DNA of 64,000 bases, taken from assembly GCF_009914755.1 (NCBI RefSeq), contig NC_060927.1; one strand, 5' to 3'. The DNA is from the human T2T-CHM13v2.0 reference genome, Homo sapiens. This document shows positions 41,643 to 56,950 of this stretch, in pieces. Every line of letters begins with the position of its first letter. The stretch's first letter is position 1. The notes below the pieces were generated by a model. That model was not told the DNA's origin, ran no database searches, and saw nothing but the letters and a program-made list of their open reading frames with translations. A program made the position numbers and the translations under genes.

Positions 41643-43217
41643 CTATTACTTTCATTAAAACTTAAAGATAAGCTTAGAGTTTTAGTCTCTATAAAGCATG
41701 TCTAAAGTTTAAATCTGGAAAATTGTTTGGAAAAACAAAATAAACCACGGAAAGTAGTGTAAAAGAAGCTAAACTTTTAAGTCATATAAAAACAGTTTTA
41801 AAATTCATTATAAAAAGTGTGTGTTCTATTTTATATGTATAATACTACTGGAAAAAAAATAAGGCAAGTCTCTTTCCACTAAATTTTTTCTTTTTTTCTA
41901 GCAGAGGAACAAAGAAAAACCACAAACGAACCCCGATTCTGAATTGGGATTATTATGGTGATTTCGATCTTGCAATTGCAGCTATTTCACCAAAGGCTTT
42001 TATTTCATCCTTGCACTGTACTTACCATAAGATGCTTGCTAAATGTAAACATCAGTACCTATTTCTGTTATTGCAGAACCATTTTATTCAGCACTGACAT
42101 AGAGCATAAACATGAATAAGGTATATTCTTTTCAAGCAAGAAATGTGAGAGGTAAACACAAATAGCAATAACATACTTGTAAAAGTGCTCTGAGAAAGAA
42201 ACAGATGAAGTGCTGTGGGGATTACCGGCAGAAAGGGCTCTGTCTCATTCCTTAGCAGAGCCTTAGAGAAATGTTTTGCTGGAAGATGGGTTGGCTCCGT
42301 AAACCCCTTGAGGACAGGAACCACACCTCATTCATCTTTGTATCCCTTCCTGCTAACATTTGATGAATGTTTAAAACACATTTTTTAAATAATATTGTAT
42401 ACAAGGGAGTTGACTCTGGAGCCAAATTTCTGGTTCAAATCCCACCTCTGCTAAGTTAGCGAACGAGCTACCAAATTTTAATTATATTTTATAGAAAACT
42501 TGTTTTCTCCAAAACGAGGTGTGTGTGTGTTTTAATTCTAATGTCATGCTCTTAGTATAACAGAAGAAAAATGTTTCCTATTGAGGACTCCATTCATGGT
42601 AGAAACATCCATAATTGTCTTACATGGTGAGAGAGTCTTTAAAATTATCATCATTGTATATTATTAAAAACTAAAACAAAGCAGTATCCCTGATGTCTAA
42701 TTATAGTGAATTGTTCCTTAGTGTTTTCATGGACTTCTGGGAATTCACAAAATAAACAAACTGAGAGGATGGCCATGGTTATTCATGAACTAGAATTTCA
42801 GAGTTAGAGAGGGCCTCAGACCATTCTATATATTAATCTCCTCACTATTGGTGAGGAAGCCAAGCTATAGAGAAGACTTAAGTCAGAAGAATGAAGGGCA
42901 ATGATAGAAGAGATTTGAAACAAATTTTCTTGACTTTTGTCTTGATACATAGGAGGTACTTCATAGAATATAATAATATATAACATATAATATATAATAT
43001 TTAATATAATATATTATATATAATGTATAATAAATAAAAGTGTAAAAGTAGGATGAATAATCAACACATGAAATTATGAAAAGACATAATGGGATATTTG
43101 GGTTTAAACTACAGAGACAGAGAAATAATGGCTGATAGTGATTTAGGTCACAACAAGTGAGCATGACTGATTTGGGGAAAAAACATTCTTTTCCACAAAG
43201 AGAAGTAAGTGCTGTAA

Positions 43218-43243
43218 CACCACCACCACCACCACCACCACCA
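43218..43243. repeat. (CAC)n microsatellite
   Basis: About 8 perfect units. Confidence 0.9.
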
Positions 43244-46200
43244 ACACTCAATATCTTATCTTTCTGTTTTTAATTCTATCCTTAATTTTATTCTAATGTG
43301 TTAATCTTATCTCCAGAAAAATGTGGCTAGGTCATACCATGGGGAAGGATGACTTTGATCAATGATTATATCATAATACTTAAAGTTTTATTAAATCCTT
43401 ACTGCTATCTCTAATGTTTAAGTTAGCCTCCTATTAATTGGATGTCAGCTCAGTGCTATGAAATATTTTTATATATCTATCTCTCTATATATGTGAATGT
43501 TTAAAATCATGCCCTTGTCTTTAAGAAATTTCTAATTTAAAATAGATGAGATTCACAAGGTACTAACACAGTTCACCTATCTCTGCAACTGACCTTTAAT
43601 TTGGTTGTTTAATTTGTCCTTGAATATACCTGGTTCAATTATCACGCAGGAATGAACAATACAGAAAATTCTTGCTGGTTTTTATCACAAAAGAAGTAGA
43701 CATGTACCAGCAGTGCAGCTGGAGCCGGAGGGGCTCCAGAGGTGACAGTGCTCTCAATAAATGCCTGACCTTGACCTTCACCCATGAAGTGAATGATGCT
43801 GAACTTCCAAGAACTCAGACAGGGTTGCAGATGGATTTTATTACCTTTCTGATGTAAATCTATACTTAGTTGTAAAGTGTTATTCTTAAATGTTCCTACT
43901 TATTAATTTAGCTGATTTATTTGCATTTATATTTGAACATTTCTTGCAAATGTAAATAGCTTTCCATTTATGCTCTTGATCATTTGCTTTGTCAATAAAC
44001 ATACTTAATTCCACAGGAATCCTAAAGAACAGAGCATTATAGATTCATGAATCCAAGTATTTAATTTCATATTTTATTGCTAACTTTTTATGTAAAAAGA
44101 GTGAGTAATGTTCATTAACACATCATATTTATTTATGAAGTTATATTTTCATGATGAAATTTTATACTAGCTTAACATCTATACAAGATTTTCTCTAGTG
44201 GGTAAATTGCTGTCTCATGATAAAATAAAAAAAGATCTGTTTACAGATTTGAGTCTAAATTTTGGTCTAAAGGAAATCGGGAGAACCACTACGCCACCAT
44301 ATTTTTGACTTATGAATAGCTTGAAATGGCTGTTTACCAAACTTAAATGTTTACACATCCCCAGACGGAAATATCTTTTATGATTTTCTCTCTGCTGTTT
44401 TGGGAAAGGGACATTTTCCTCACATAACATCTAGGTTTTGAAATAACACTGGAAAAAAGAATATATGGATTACAGATTCAAGCCCCAGGATGCCTTTGCA
44501 AGTTTCTCTCTCTTATACATTCCTAAAATGTATTTTAAAGCCGTTATCAGTGTGAACTATGTGAAAAGTTGCCATTTTTAATAGAGATTTTAAAAACCAT
44601 TCTATTTGATTGGGGACTATCTTTCAATATTTAATTCAAAACACTATACATATGACCTATTAATTTACTCTCAAACTGAGTGTGTACTTCTGTCACTCAT
44701 GTACAACTGAGCCATATTTTCAAATACCCATTTTCCATATACTTTATATATAATTATATTTCCTTATAAAAATTATTTATTTCTTTATTTTATTTAAATC
44801 TGATCTTCCTACATAAGTTTGTGTCTTTTCAGCTAACTTTTAAGTTCCCAAATAAGAGGGAATATCATAAAGCTTTGTTTCTGTAAGAAGATAAGATGCT
44901 AAAAAATATTTGATAATGAATGAATGAATAAGTATTTACTTCTATAAACATGACTTGGATAAGCACTTCTGAGAAAAGGTTGAGGTTCAGAGAAAGGAAT
45001 CACGATTCAAAATAAAGAAAAATTAAGATGAAGAATGAGGACTCAGGGTAGGTGGATATCAGATATGCTGAAGAGATCTATTTCTTATTCTGCTCTGTGT
45101 TTCTCAGATTTTATTTTAGCACCCACAGTTTGGAAATCAGATAAGCTTTCCTGGGAGTATAGCCAAAAGGCAAAGTGGATTTCAGCAATTTCTATTTATT
45201 ATGGTTGTACAGTGTGTCAGGAACTGAATGGAACATATACGTTACATTAGAACATCCTTTCCCACCAAAGGCAGTGTTCTGGTTCCTCATCTATTAATAT
45301 ATACCATATACCTCATATGAACAAAAGTAAAACATACGTTGTTTCATATAATATTTTTATACATATATATTATGTCACGATTAGTTTTATATTTGCAATT
45401 TTTCCATCATTTGGTAGGTCTGTGTTAACCTTTCTATTGAATGGGCTGGAACCATTTTAGCCAGTGAATATCTCATGTAAGAATATTCTAAAAGAAATAA
45501 CACAGAATGCAACATAGTCTTGCTTTACCACTAACCGGCTGATGACAAGTAACTAACAGTCGGTGCCTTGGTTGGTGATATGGCCAGTCCTTCTGACTTG
45601 ACAATGCAGTTATGAATATAAACTATGTTATAAATGAAAACATATTTTTTGAAGTGAAAATCATGTTAAAGATAGTGCCAATATTTATGGCTGTGCAAGT
45701 CATTTCCAAACCTGCCTTTCATTTTATTCGTTTTTAGAGAGGGGAAGAGCTTCTGTTGGCCTGGGAACCTTGTTCATTCTAATAGGAGAGTGGGTGCTGC
45801 TCTGAAATGAAAAATGACACACACGAATTTGCAGAAAGCTTGAGGTAAACATTTAGACAGCTCACACGAAGCCTTTCACCCAGGCCTGCCTGTCTTACTG
45901 GGTGACATCCAGTTGCTATGCTTCTCAAAGGGCTCCCCCTGCCTCTGAGATGGCTCTCTAAGGTTGCTGCAGATTCAATTTGTTCAAGTTGTCTGTTTTT
46001 TTTTGTTGTTGTTGTTTGTTTGTTAAAATCCAGAACAGCAAGCCTAGAGTTTTCGGGCCACTCTATTAAAGGCATCATAGAGCCACAGAAATCAATACAA
46101 TCAACTTTATTTCACAATCAGGTGTGAATGGTCAATATGCAGAAATCCATTTCTTCTAGCTCCGTGTATTGGTGTCTATTTTAATTGTGTGCATAAAGGA

Positions 46201-48019
46201 GTGGAACGTGTGAAGGAAGTGTGCCAAACAATCTTCTCCATTGCTCAGTAGGGTAATGTCTTGTAGGCTGTGTTTAGGGCCATGGAATAGATCATAAAGG
46301 TTTAAGGTCATATAGGGTCACAGTTGGAAATAAAGTCAATAATTTGAACTCCAGGTCTCTGGGATTTTATGTTTCTCTGTAGACTGTAATTTACTCATAT
46401 AATCGTGCTTACTTAAAGAATGCATATATAAATGCATAAATATTCCTCCCAGTCAACCAACTTTTTCTGATCTCCAGTAAATCAATGTTTGCCAAGAACT
46501 TTCACTGTCCCAAGGTATTAAATTTGCTAACATTCTATAAAAGTGTGCTCCTGGCTCTGGTTGGAATTTTAGCCTCTGGTTTCTACTTCTGACTTATGAG
46601 GATACCTCATTTTAAATGTGCAAACAGGCAATTTCAGTGATTTAAGGTAGAAGCATACCTTGAGGTTCTAGTTTCCCATTTTTATTTATCATCATATTTC
46701 CTCCTTCAATTCTCTCTAAGTGGGTATACCAAAGGCAATTCACAATTCTGCATCTAATATAACTGTCAATGAAAATATTTGTATTTCCTTGGGACTGAGG
46801 AAATCAGAGAGATAAAAGGAAACAGAAATACTTCCCACTGCAACTAACTTATCCCATTAATTAGTTTGAGGGTATAATTTCCATATGATCACCTTATTGT
46901 AGAATTTTAAATGATGGGAAGTAGTGGTCTCTGTTTTGATGAGATAATCTTTATCAACTGGATAATGTCCCCCCTCAATAATATAAGGATATTTCTAAAG
47001 CAGAGAATCCAGTATTAAAACTTGGCAACAAATCTGTGAATGTTCTTATCGACAAGAGTCAGAAATCAAACAATTAGGCTTCTTAACGAATTAATGTACA
47101 CTTCAATTTTCAAATTTGAGATGGTCAGAGAGATTAAGAAACTTGTCTAAGGTCACACAGGTAGGAATTGCTACAACTTGGATTAACATCTCATCGAAAA
47201 TTTCCCCCATGTCTTCAAAACCAGAAGAAAAATATGAAAATAATCTTCTCAGTCAAATAACGCCATGATATTCATTTCGCTTACAATTATATAATCCATG
47301 GGGATAAATAACAGATGATTATCATTTCATATAATGAGCAAATCATGCAATTAATTGATAAAATAAAAATTTAAACCAATACAACAAAATATTAGAACTA
47401 AGTAGAAAAAGTAGAATAAATATAACATTGGTCTAATTTTATCGTAAAGTTAGATCAACAGCTTCTCCCCCAATAAAATCTAATTTTACACATATATCCT
47501 ATTTTACATATATCTTATATATAAGATTTATACACATGATAAACTCTAGATACTATTTAAATTGCTTTTTTATTACATTAAGTACTATCTCAAAATGTTA
47601 ATTTATTAAAGTTTAGTTTAGAATAATAAAATTATTTTACTGGGAAAAGCTTCAGATTCTACCAGTCCTTTTGTGATGTGAATGAGAAAACTGAAACCCA
47701 CAGAGAAAAAGTGATGTTTCCCAAGTCATATACAAGTTAGAGCAGAAACAGGCCTGGGATCCAAGTGTTTTGCCTGTTGGCTTATATTCTTTCTTTTGTT
47801 CTTCACACTTGCCTTAAAAAAAATCAGACAGGAATTTGAATGCATTACTCAAGAATAATTGATTTTTTAAAGGGAATAGTTCATTTTCATAATAATTTAA
47901 TTTCATCTTCAAAGATGCTAGATAAAATGCTTAATCTATACTAGTCTATGGGACTCTTCAGAAGTTTAAATCAAACCAAGCAGACTAATTAAGGCTAATT
48001 AAAAGATGAATTTGTTCAA

Positions 48020-48950
48020 CAATTCTTTATTTAATCCAACATGTATTGCTTGCCCACCATGACTAGGCTCTGTGCTAGGTACCAGGGTTGAAAAGATGAA
48101 CAAGATACAGCCAAGAGAACCACCCCACCAAGAAGTAGGGTAAGGGGAGCTGAGACAGAGTTCTGCACAGGCTCAGGGTGCTATGAGAACATGAGGAAGG
48201 CATCTAACCCAGCCCTGGAGGTTTACGGAAGACTCCTTATAGGAAGTGATACCTTCAACTGGATTTTGAAGGATAAGCAAGGATCGGCCAGGTAGGTGAG
48301 AATGTGGGTGACCCGGTCAGAGAGAACATCACTAGAGAAGGCCAGAGGCATGGAGGCACAAGTCCAATTTGGGGACATGTTCAAAATCTAGTAAGGTTAG
48401 AGTTTGGAGTTCTTATGAGGACATTGTAGATGAGAAAACAGCAAAGTAGGGCTTATAAGTCATATATTATTGTGGAGGCCAGTGTTTTTCATACTTCAGT
48501 GTGCATTAAGTTCAACTGTGGAATCAGAGTCCCAGGCCTCGTTCTCAGGGAGCCTTATTCAACAGGGCTGCAGTGGGGTCCAGGAATCTACATTTCTAAC
48601 GAGCATTCTAGACAATGATTCTAAAGATGATTGCACTTAGAAACACTATTATAGATGATGCTTAACATGAAAGGACTTCAAATAAAAGGATGATATGAGA
48701 GAGGAGCGGATGACTCCCAGGTTTCTGACTTAGGTAATTGAGTGGATGGTGGTGCTATTACACAATCCAGAAAAATAGGGGAAGAGGTAGGCCTTACGGA
48801 AGTTGGTACAGTTGGTGGTGGTGACAGTGAGTCCATATCTGAACATGTTGACTTTGAGTTGGAACAGGTACAGGTAGTCAGTTAGTGAGACTGGTGTTAA
48901 GTTGGGGAGATGTAACTGGTTTGTGGACAAATATTGAGGATGAGCACAGA
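48020..48950 (-). mobile_element. L2 fragments with an internal MER5-like insertion (~48480-48650)
   Basis: 'caacatgtattgc...aggctctgtgctagg' and 'gatgactcccaggtttctgacttagg'; MER5-like 'gggtccaggaatctacatttctaac'. Confidence 0.65.
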
Positions 48951-50888
48951 TGCTTAGTTACTTTAACATTTCTTTATCTGTTTAAGCATTTATTAAAACA
49001 CCAGAATAATGTGCAGTATAAGCCACAGGTAAAATAACAATTTTGGACAAATGAGACCCAAAAACACATGTATTTTAACTCTTAAAATAGAAGATGGGAG
49101 TAATGCTTCCTTGATATAACACAGAACATTTAATTTCTATTACTTATTGATTCTGGTTTCTTACTGATTCTGAAACCAGAATATAATCACATGAATGTGC
49201 TAGGAGTTGATTTCTAAAATATTAATTTTAACAAAATCAGCTATGAAAGAAAACATGATTTTTATTTTGGTATTTTAATTTTACATTGAATAATTTGATC
49301 AATGCTATCACATTCCGATTTTTATAATGTTACTTCTTAGTCCTTCCACACTCCTAAATTAATTGAAAGTTTAAAATTAATTTTAAGACATTAGGGAACA
49401 AATGTTCCATTTAAAATAGATATTTTAATATGAATTGAGATTAGTAAAATAAGAGCTGTGCATATTTCCTCCACAATAATTTTGATCCTGCCATTTAGAA
49501 GTAGTTTCCTTTCAACAAAGCTGGTGTTTTCTCTTCCTGCATAAATGGATGTCTAAGATCATAAGAAATTAAGAGAACTCCCTCAAATAAATAGCAACGG
49601 ATTTTTCTCAAGTAAAGTCTTGTATTTAAAAGAGGGGTTAATTTAAAGGAGGTTAAAACATTAAAGTAATACATGAAACACTTGGTTAACTACCTTATTA
49701 ATGTTGAATGTTTTACAATAGCAAAGTACAAAATAAAACATAAAAATATTTAGGTAAGTAATAGAATTTTGAGTGGGGATATTTCAGCTTGGTTTATACA
49801 TACAATCAAGATAATATTGAGGATCTTGAAAAGTGTCTCCACACTGGGCTTCTGAGCTCCGATTAATCCCATAGCCTCAATATTATTCTGGCCTTCTGGG
49901 CATTTCTGATTCTAGAGGGGATTTCTGCATAAAAGATGGGTGTTTTGTGACTGTTCTGTACTCCACTAAGCAAGTGCACTCCATCCTACACAAAGGGGCT
50001 CTCAGAGTATTACATGCATAAATGTTACAGGTGTTGAGTGCAGAGTATCGGTAAAGCTATTTGGATTCTACATCTGTGTTGAGTAAGTGGTAGAAAGAAT
50101 GCATCAGTGATTTCTACCCTCCAAGGCCACCGCAATGTCCAGAAAACTTGCAAAATCATTTTATCTCCTGTTAGTTGAGTCATTTTGCAGCGGCTGAGGT
50201 ACCGACATGGAGATATGGCCTGAATTTGCTATGCAGGCACAAGCAATAGAGTGAAAAACAGAAGACCCAGATTCTACTCCTCAGTCCCCAATTGATTTGA
50301 CAAGGAAGTCTGGGGGAGGTGGTCCAACCTGTATGCTGCATTCTCTTTATCAGCATGACAGAGATAAAATATCTATCTTTTGCCAACCTCACTGAGGCAC
50401 TCTAAAGATTAACTTTTACGAACATCTCACTGTCACAAAAAGTGACTATCGTAGCAGAGATATCAGTATTATATCACAAATAAGAATCTGCTATATCAGG
50501 GATAGCTTTACAGGAAAATGTCTTATTTGCAGAATGAGGAGACATACGGCAGCATGCTCCCAAACAGCACGTCCTCTGAAGAATTAGGAGAGGCTGATCT
50601 TTGGCTTCGTAAGAAATATCAAGCATCTCGATGTTAGCAAAATTTTAAAATGTATTTTCCATTATATGGTTAGTAGTAAACTGGGGGAATCGGCCCTGAC
50701 CAAGCACTCACAGATGTATTGTATCACTAATTAGAGGCCTGATAATAATAGAATCCTAGAGCTGGAAGGAAAGCCAGTAAGCCTTTAAAGAGACCATCCT
50801 CTATAAAAGCCTTAGCAAACACATCCAATTTGTGTTTGAATATATTTGGTAAAATAGAGCTAATTTATTCACCTTTCACCACTCATCT

Positions 50889-50935
50889 ACACACACACAC
50901 GCACACACAGAGAGAGAGAGAGAGAGAGGGAGAGA
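50889..50935. repeat. (CA)n(GA)n compound microsatellite
   Basis: Directly visible. Confidence 0.9.
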
Positions 50936-51052
50936 CTAGCTGCTTGGTAGAGGAGACCCCCTTCAGAGCCATACCTAGCTCCTTGGTAGAGGAGACCCCC
51001 TTCAGAGCCATACCTAGCTCCTTGGTAGAGGAGACCCCCTTCAAAGCCATGC
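50936..51052. repeat. 39-bp tandem repeat, 3 copies
   Basis: Unit ctagctccttggtagaggagacccccttcagagccatac at 50936, 50975 and 51014. Confidence 0.95.
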
Positions 51053-51262
51053 CTATGGTTGTGCAGATTGGCTGTGCAAAGATGTCTGGGTGAGGGGGCA
51101 CTATTCAGGTCTGAAATCCAACCCTCTACCTCACATACCAAGTGTGTGCCTGGGTGTGGGATTGTGTTCCCCAGGAAAAAACACAGTCTTTGTATATTTG
51201 GTCCACCCAGAAAGGGTACATTTTTATTATTTGCACAAAGGTAGTACATGTCACTGGCACTG
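51042..51262 (+). mobile_element. MER91-like hAT-Tip100 MITE
   Basis: 'ggttgtgcagattg...ctgaaatccaacc...ttatttgcacaaagg'. Confidence 0.55.
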
Positions 51263-51387
51263 GTATTTCTTGTCTCCTTTTAGAAAGACCTCTGTGTTGA
51301 CATGGGATTTTTGAATCTTCTTAGCCTGTAACTGAATGGGAAGAATCACTCCTCCGTATTTCGGGCTCACATATAAGAGTAACTGTG

Positions 51388-51703
<316 letters not shown>

Positions 51704-52427
51704 TCAGATAGGTGCACAAAATAGACAAGTCCACTGGATGACCATTGTATGACCATTGTGAGTACAGCTCCTTCCTTGGATCTGATGTGAAAAGCTGCAT
51801 GTGTGTGTGAGAGAGAGAGAGAGAGAACTCACATGTGCATGCATGTGTAACTGGGGAGGTCAGGGCTGGGGGTATAAGCAACCCTTACAACAGGGTATAA
51901 GCAAATGACAGCCTCCGACAGCAGTTCCGACATCATAACGTTCTGTCATAGCCTCAGTTGTCTCAGGGGTGTGTGTGTTAGCATTATTATCAAAATTGTT
52001 GTTGACAACCAGCTGAAGTGGTGAAGAGGTGTCCAGAACTTTAGAGGAATGGCTTCTAATTCCACATGACCTTGGCTGGTTAGAGATACAGTTAGAAACC
52101 ATTAGAAGAATCTATTATATTTCTAAGTCTGCAGTCCTAAATTGTCCTCCAGATTTAAAGAGGTTGAACCCATTAAACTGCGTAGACTGCTTTGACAGTG
52201 GAGTGTTGGTTAATTACAGTGGCAATCTAATTATAAGGTTTATAAGGTTTCCCTGTAATTGATTTCATTTCAAGTGTGTAGAAACTTCACTTGATATGCA
52301 TTTGTTTCCACAGCTCATGGGAATAGACCAGATCCTGAGGCTGTGTGTATCTTAGCATCACGGAGACCATCTCAACTGCACTTTGGAGTCCTTACTCAGG
52401 ACAGTAAGGACTCTTCTGAGTATTTCA

Positions 52428-52880
52428 CATTCATTCATTTAATCATCAAGTCATCTATTCATTCAATAAGTACTATGTAAAGAGTATATACTTTGCACTA
52501 CTAGTCTCCAAGAATATAAAGATGTATTGGATAAAGTCACTGCCACAGATGAGCTTACAAGAAGTTGGGGAGACTGACAAAAATAAATAATTAAAGCTAT
52601 ATGTTAATTATGGTATTGTATTATCAATGCATGTAAGCTGCTAAAGAAGCATCAAGAAAAACATCCTTAATTCTGCATTGCTGGGAGAGGGGTGGTGGTG
52701 CAGAGCAGCACTCACTGAGGGGGTAACATTTGAAGGGAATAGTGACGGATGAGTAAACATTCAGAGCGTATGTAAGGCAAGGAATTGAGGACGAGGAAAT
52801 AAAAAAAAACTAGAACTGTGAGAAAACAAGAAAAGTAAGCATCTGCCACTATTGTGAACAACAGGTATAACAGGCACGCC
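52428..52880 (-). mobile_element. L2 3'-end fragment
   Basis: (CATT)n-like terminus 'cattcattcattt...ttcattcaataag' followed by L2 body motifs. Confidence 0.6.
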
Positions 52881-54444
52881 GTGGCTAAACTCTTTATTCC
52901 ACAGATAGTATGTTAAGAAACATTTTGGTAGCTCTATAAAAACATAAGAGCTAGTATAATTGATAAATTATTATATTCTAAGACCCTTATACCTTCATTA
53001 TCTCATCTAGTCCTTATGAAGTCATCACAATGTGTGGGTACTTTTCTTATCTCCCTGTCACAGGTGAGGAAAGCGGGGGTTAGGGAGGATAAGTTCAAGC
53101 AAAATCATAGACACTATGTGGTGAAGCCATGGTTTGAACTTGGGGCTGTTATGCTGGAGCAGAAGCTCTTAAGCACTATGTTTTGTTCCCTCTTCAAATG
53201 TGAGGAATTATTAAGCGACGTATGATGAATGTCATCAAAAGCCTTTCAGCATTCTTTTTTTTTTTTTTTTTTTTTTGCAATTTGGGAATAGGCAATTAAT
53301 TGAAGAAATCTGAGCCATCAAGACCTAGCCCTCAGTTTCCTCACATGTGAAATGACCAAGTTGTGCTATGTGAACTCTAAAGACCTTTATACCTCCAAGA
53401 TTCCATTTTAATTTAATCTTTCCTCAAGCTTAAGAAGACTTTCTTTTTGTCTTACATAAATCTTCCTAAAGGGTTATATAAGAGACTGTATATCAATATT
53501 AATGACTCAAATGCACAGGGCATCTTGATTATCATCATCCTTTGCATGAATATGAAACATGAATGTGCCCAATATTTCACAGTAAATTCCCGCACATGGA
53601 GGAAAAAGATGTTCTTATCATTAAGGTATATGATATGTATTTTAATTCCCTAATTAATTACTAAACTCTTTATATGGCTCTTTCTAATATCTCAAAAAGG
53701 AGTGAGCAGTAGATGGACATTGATCAATGATAGAGGAACCATTCTGCTCTTCTCTGCTACATGATTTAATAAGCCAATATAAGCTAGTTCTACCATATTC
53801 TCTTACAGTCCTGTCTCTAATGGCAGGTAGTACTAAATAAACGCAGGCTTAAAGAGAATTATTTCCTTTCAACTCTTATCTCTCAAGCCAGGCTGGACTC
53901 TAGTCAATCAAGATAGAGACCAAGGTGTCTATTTTACATTCAAGCAATATCTGAACATGTTACGGTGGACATTCACTTAAAAAAAACTTCCCCAAATCTA
54001 AACTCTCTTTCTACATTTGGGAAATTGCCCACACTCTCAGTCTTGGTGAGAAGCCAATATGCACTTTTACAGACTATCTTGGAGCCCCGGTATGAACGTG
54101 TGGCTCAGCTCCACCAATCAGCCGTATCTGCCCTCCATTTTGAAATAGGATTTTGGACACAGACAAGTAGTCATGGTAGAGAGTCCATCCTGGCAGTAAG
54201 GGCAGCCATTGAAGCTGTAACATGGGGTTTCTGTGGGCAGCAGCAGCAGCAGCAGGGTAGTTGCGGAACCAGTGTCTCAGGCCTGCTGAGTCAGGGTGCA
54301 AGCTCTGCTGTTCTTTGTACTGTGAAGGCAGCAGTGGGGTCCACACTGACCTGTTCAGGGCTTGACTTGGGCTCTGCCCCTGCCTGTTCCCTGGACCCTT
54401 CACCCCTAGCCTAGATCTAGAAGTCTGCCAGTGCCCCAATGTAC

Positions 54445-55372
54445 TTTTTTTCCAACACATTATTTATTTTGAAATAGTCTCTTAAGCTTACAGAAAAATT
54501 ACAAAAAGAGTACAATGGACTCCCATAAACCCTTTCCCCAGATTTAGCAGTTTTTAATATTTTGCTGTATTGCTTTATCATTATCTTTCATTCCTTCTCC
54601 CTCCCTCTCTCTCTATGTATATATACACACACACATGCATACACATAAGATTATTAAATATACACACCATGCTTTTTATCACTTCATACAGTATGTGTAT
54701 GTCCTATGAACAAGGATTTCTTTTTAACATAGCCACAGTATAGTCATCCAGTTCAAAAATGTAAAAACAAAAATAATACTGATCAAAAGTCCATATATGA
54801 GTTCTGGTCAATAGTGTGTGCCAAGGGTGTCCTTATAGCAATTTCCTTCCTAGCCCAAGATCCAGTCTAGGATTATATATTGCATTTAGTTGTCATATCT
54901 CTTTGGTCTCCTTTTAATTTGTAACAGCTTCTCAGCTTTTTCTTGTTTTTTCATGACATTGATATTTTGGAAAAACACAATCTGCTTATTTTATAGAGTA
55001 GCCTTTATTTTGGGTTTGTCTGTTTTCTCATAATTAGACTCAGGTTGTGCATTTTTGGCATGATTATTACCTGAGTGACGCTGTCTCTTTTTCAGAGCAT
55101 CATGTCCAGAGGCACATGCTCCATCTGTCCATTATTGGTGATGTTGATTTTGATGACTTAGTTAAGGTGTTATCCAATTTAGCCATTGAAAAGTTCCTTT
55201 TTTTCTTTTGTAATTTATGGATGACATTTTGATGCTATGTAAATACCTTATTCCCATACTGCCTTCCTCCTCAGATTTAACATCCATTGATCATTCTTAT
55301 TTGAGTCACTTTTTACTCTGGAGATTGCAAAATGGTAATTTTTAAATCTTCATCATTCTTTCTATGCTTATT
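54445..55372 (-). mobile_element. L1MC-type 3' UTR fragment
   Basis: 'ttacagaaaaattacaaaa...', 'ttgcatttagttgtcatatctc' and 'caggttgtgcatttttggca'. Confidence 0.7.
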
Positions 55373-56059
55373 CAAATGGCCAGTCTAGTCAGTCCAAGGA
55401 GAAACAGTGGTGAACACCTTTAGAACAAGAAATGTTCTAAATTTCTAATTCAATTTTTCAGGGCACTTTATTTCACTTGTAAAACATGCTTACAGGCCGT
55501 ATTTTCTTCCATTGTTAGCCAAATGACTGCTAAAGCAACATATAAAATATCAAATAGTTATACTACAACTGAAAAGCAGAAAAATATCAATTTTAATGAC
55601 TAAATGCCAAACATCTAGATATTTGGAAACTGTCAGTGGTTTATTGTAATATTTATTTTCATGTTGATTTTTGAATGTAATAAGTCTTAAAATAGAGAAT
55701 TATGGTGTAATGAAAATAATATACCAGGGTAAGGCAGATTTCACTTCAGCACTAGCTCTGTTAACTAACCAGTGTGGGACTTTCTGAGCAAGTCTTCTAA
55801 CTTTTCTGGGCCTCAGTTTCCCCATCTGTGAGATGAGAAGGTTGAAGAAAACTTTTTCAAAGGTTCTTTAAACAAAGGATTCTGTGACCTCAAAATTGAA
55901 CATTAACACCATCGTTGGAGACATAAGGAACTGTTGACCTAGAATATTTTAATCATCACATTTAGATTTAAGATTATTTTGGTATAAAGACCAAATACCT
56001 GTGAAATAACTCTCAAGTGATTTAGAGAATAGAAACATCAGAACACTTTATAGAACAAT

Positions 56060-56780
<721 letters not shown>

Positions 56781-56819
56781 TAGATCACACATTGTTTTTT
56801 ACCTACAGTTTTCTCAGAC

Positions 56820-56950
56820 CTGTGCTTCTCAAATGTTAGTGTGCATATAAATCACTGGGTTCCTTCAAAAAAATCAGTTCCTGATTCAGTAGGTCTGGAG
56901 TTGGACTTGAGATTCTGCATTTCCAATAAGCTCCCATGTATCTCATGTGT
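56820..56950. mobile_element. MER5A-like MITE
   Basis: 'gtgcttctcaaa...tgattcagtaggtctgg...gattctgcatttccaataagctccc'. Confidence 0.7.

Noticed and set aside
50936-51052. 39-bp repeats as a CRISPR-like array or repeat protein
   Set aside because: Head-to-tail copies without unique spacers in eukaryotic DNA; the open frames follow simply from the unit length being a multiple of 3.
53965-54460. 149-aa ORF with polyQ from (CAG)6
   Set aside because: Non-ATG start, no homology I recognise, antisense to PEX5L; resembles an old LTR-like fragment, and the CAG run is short.
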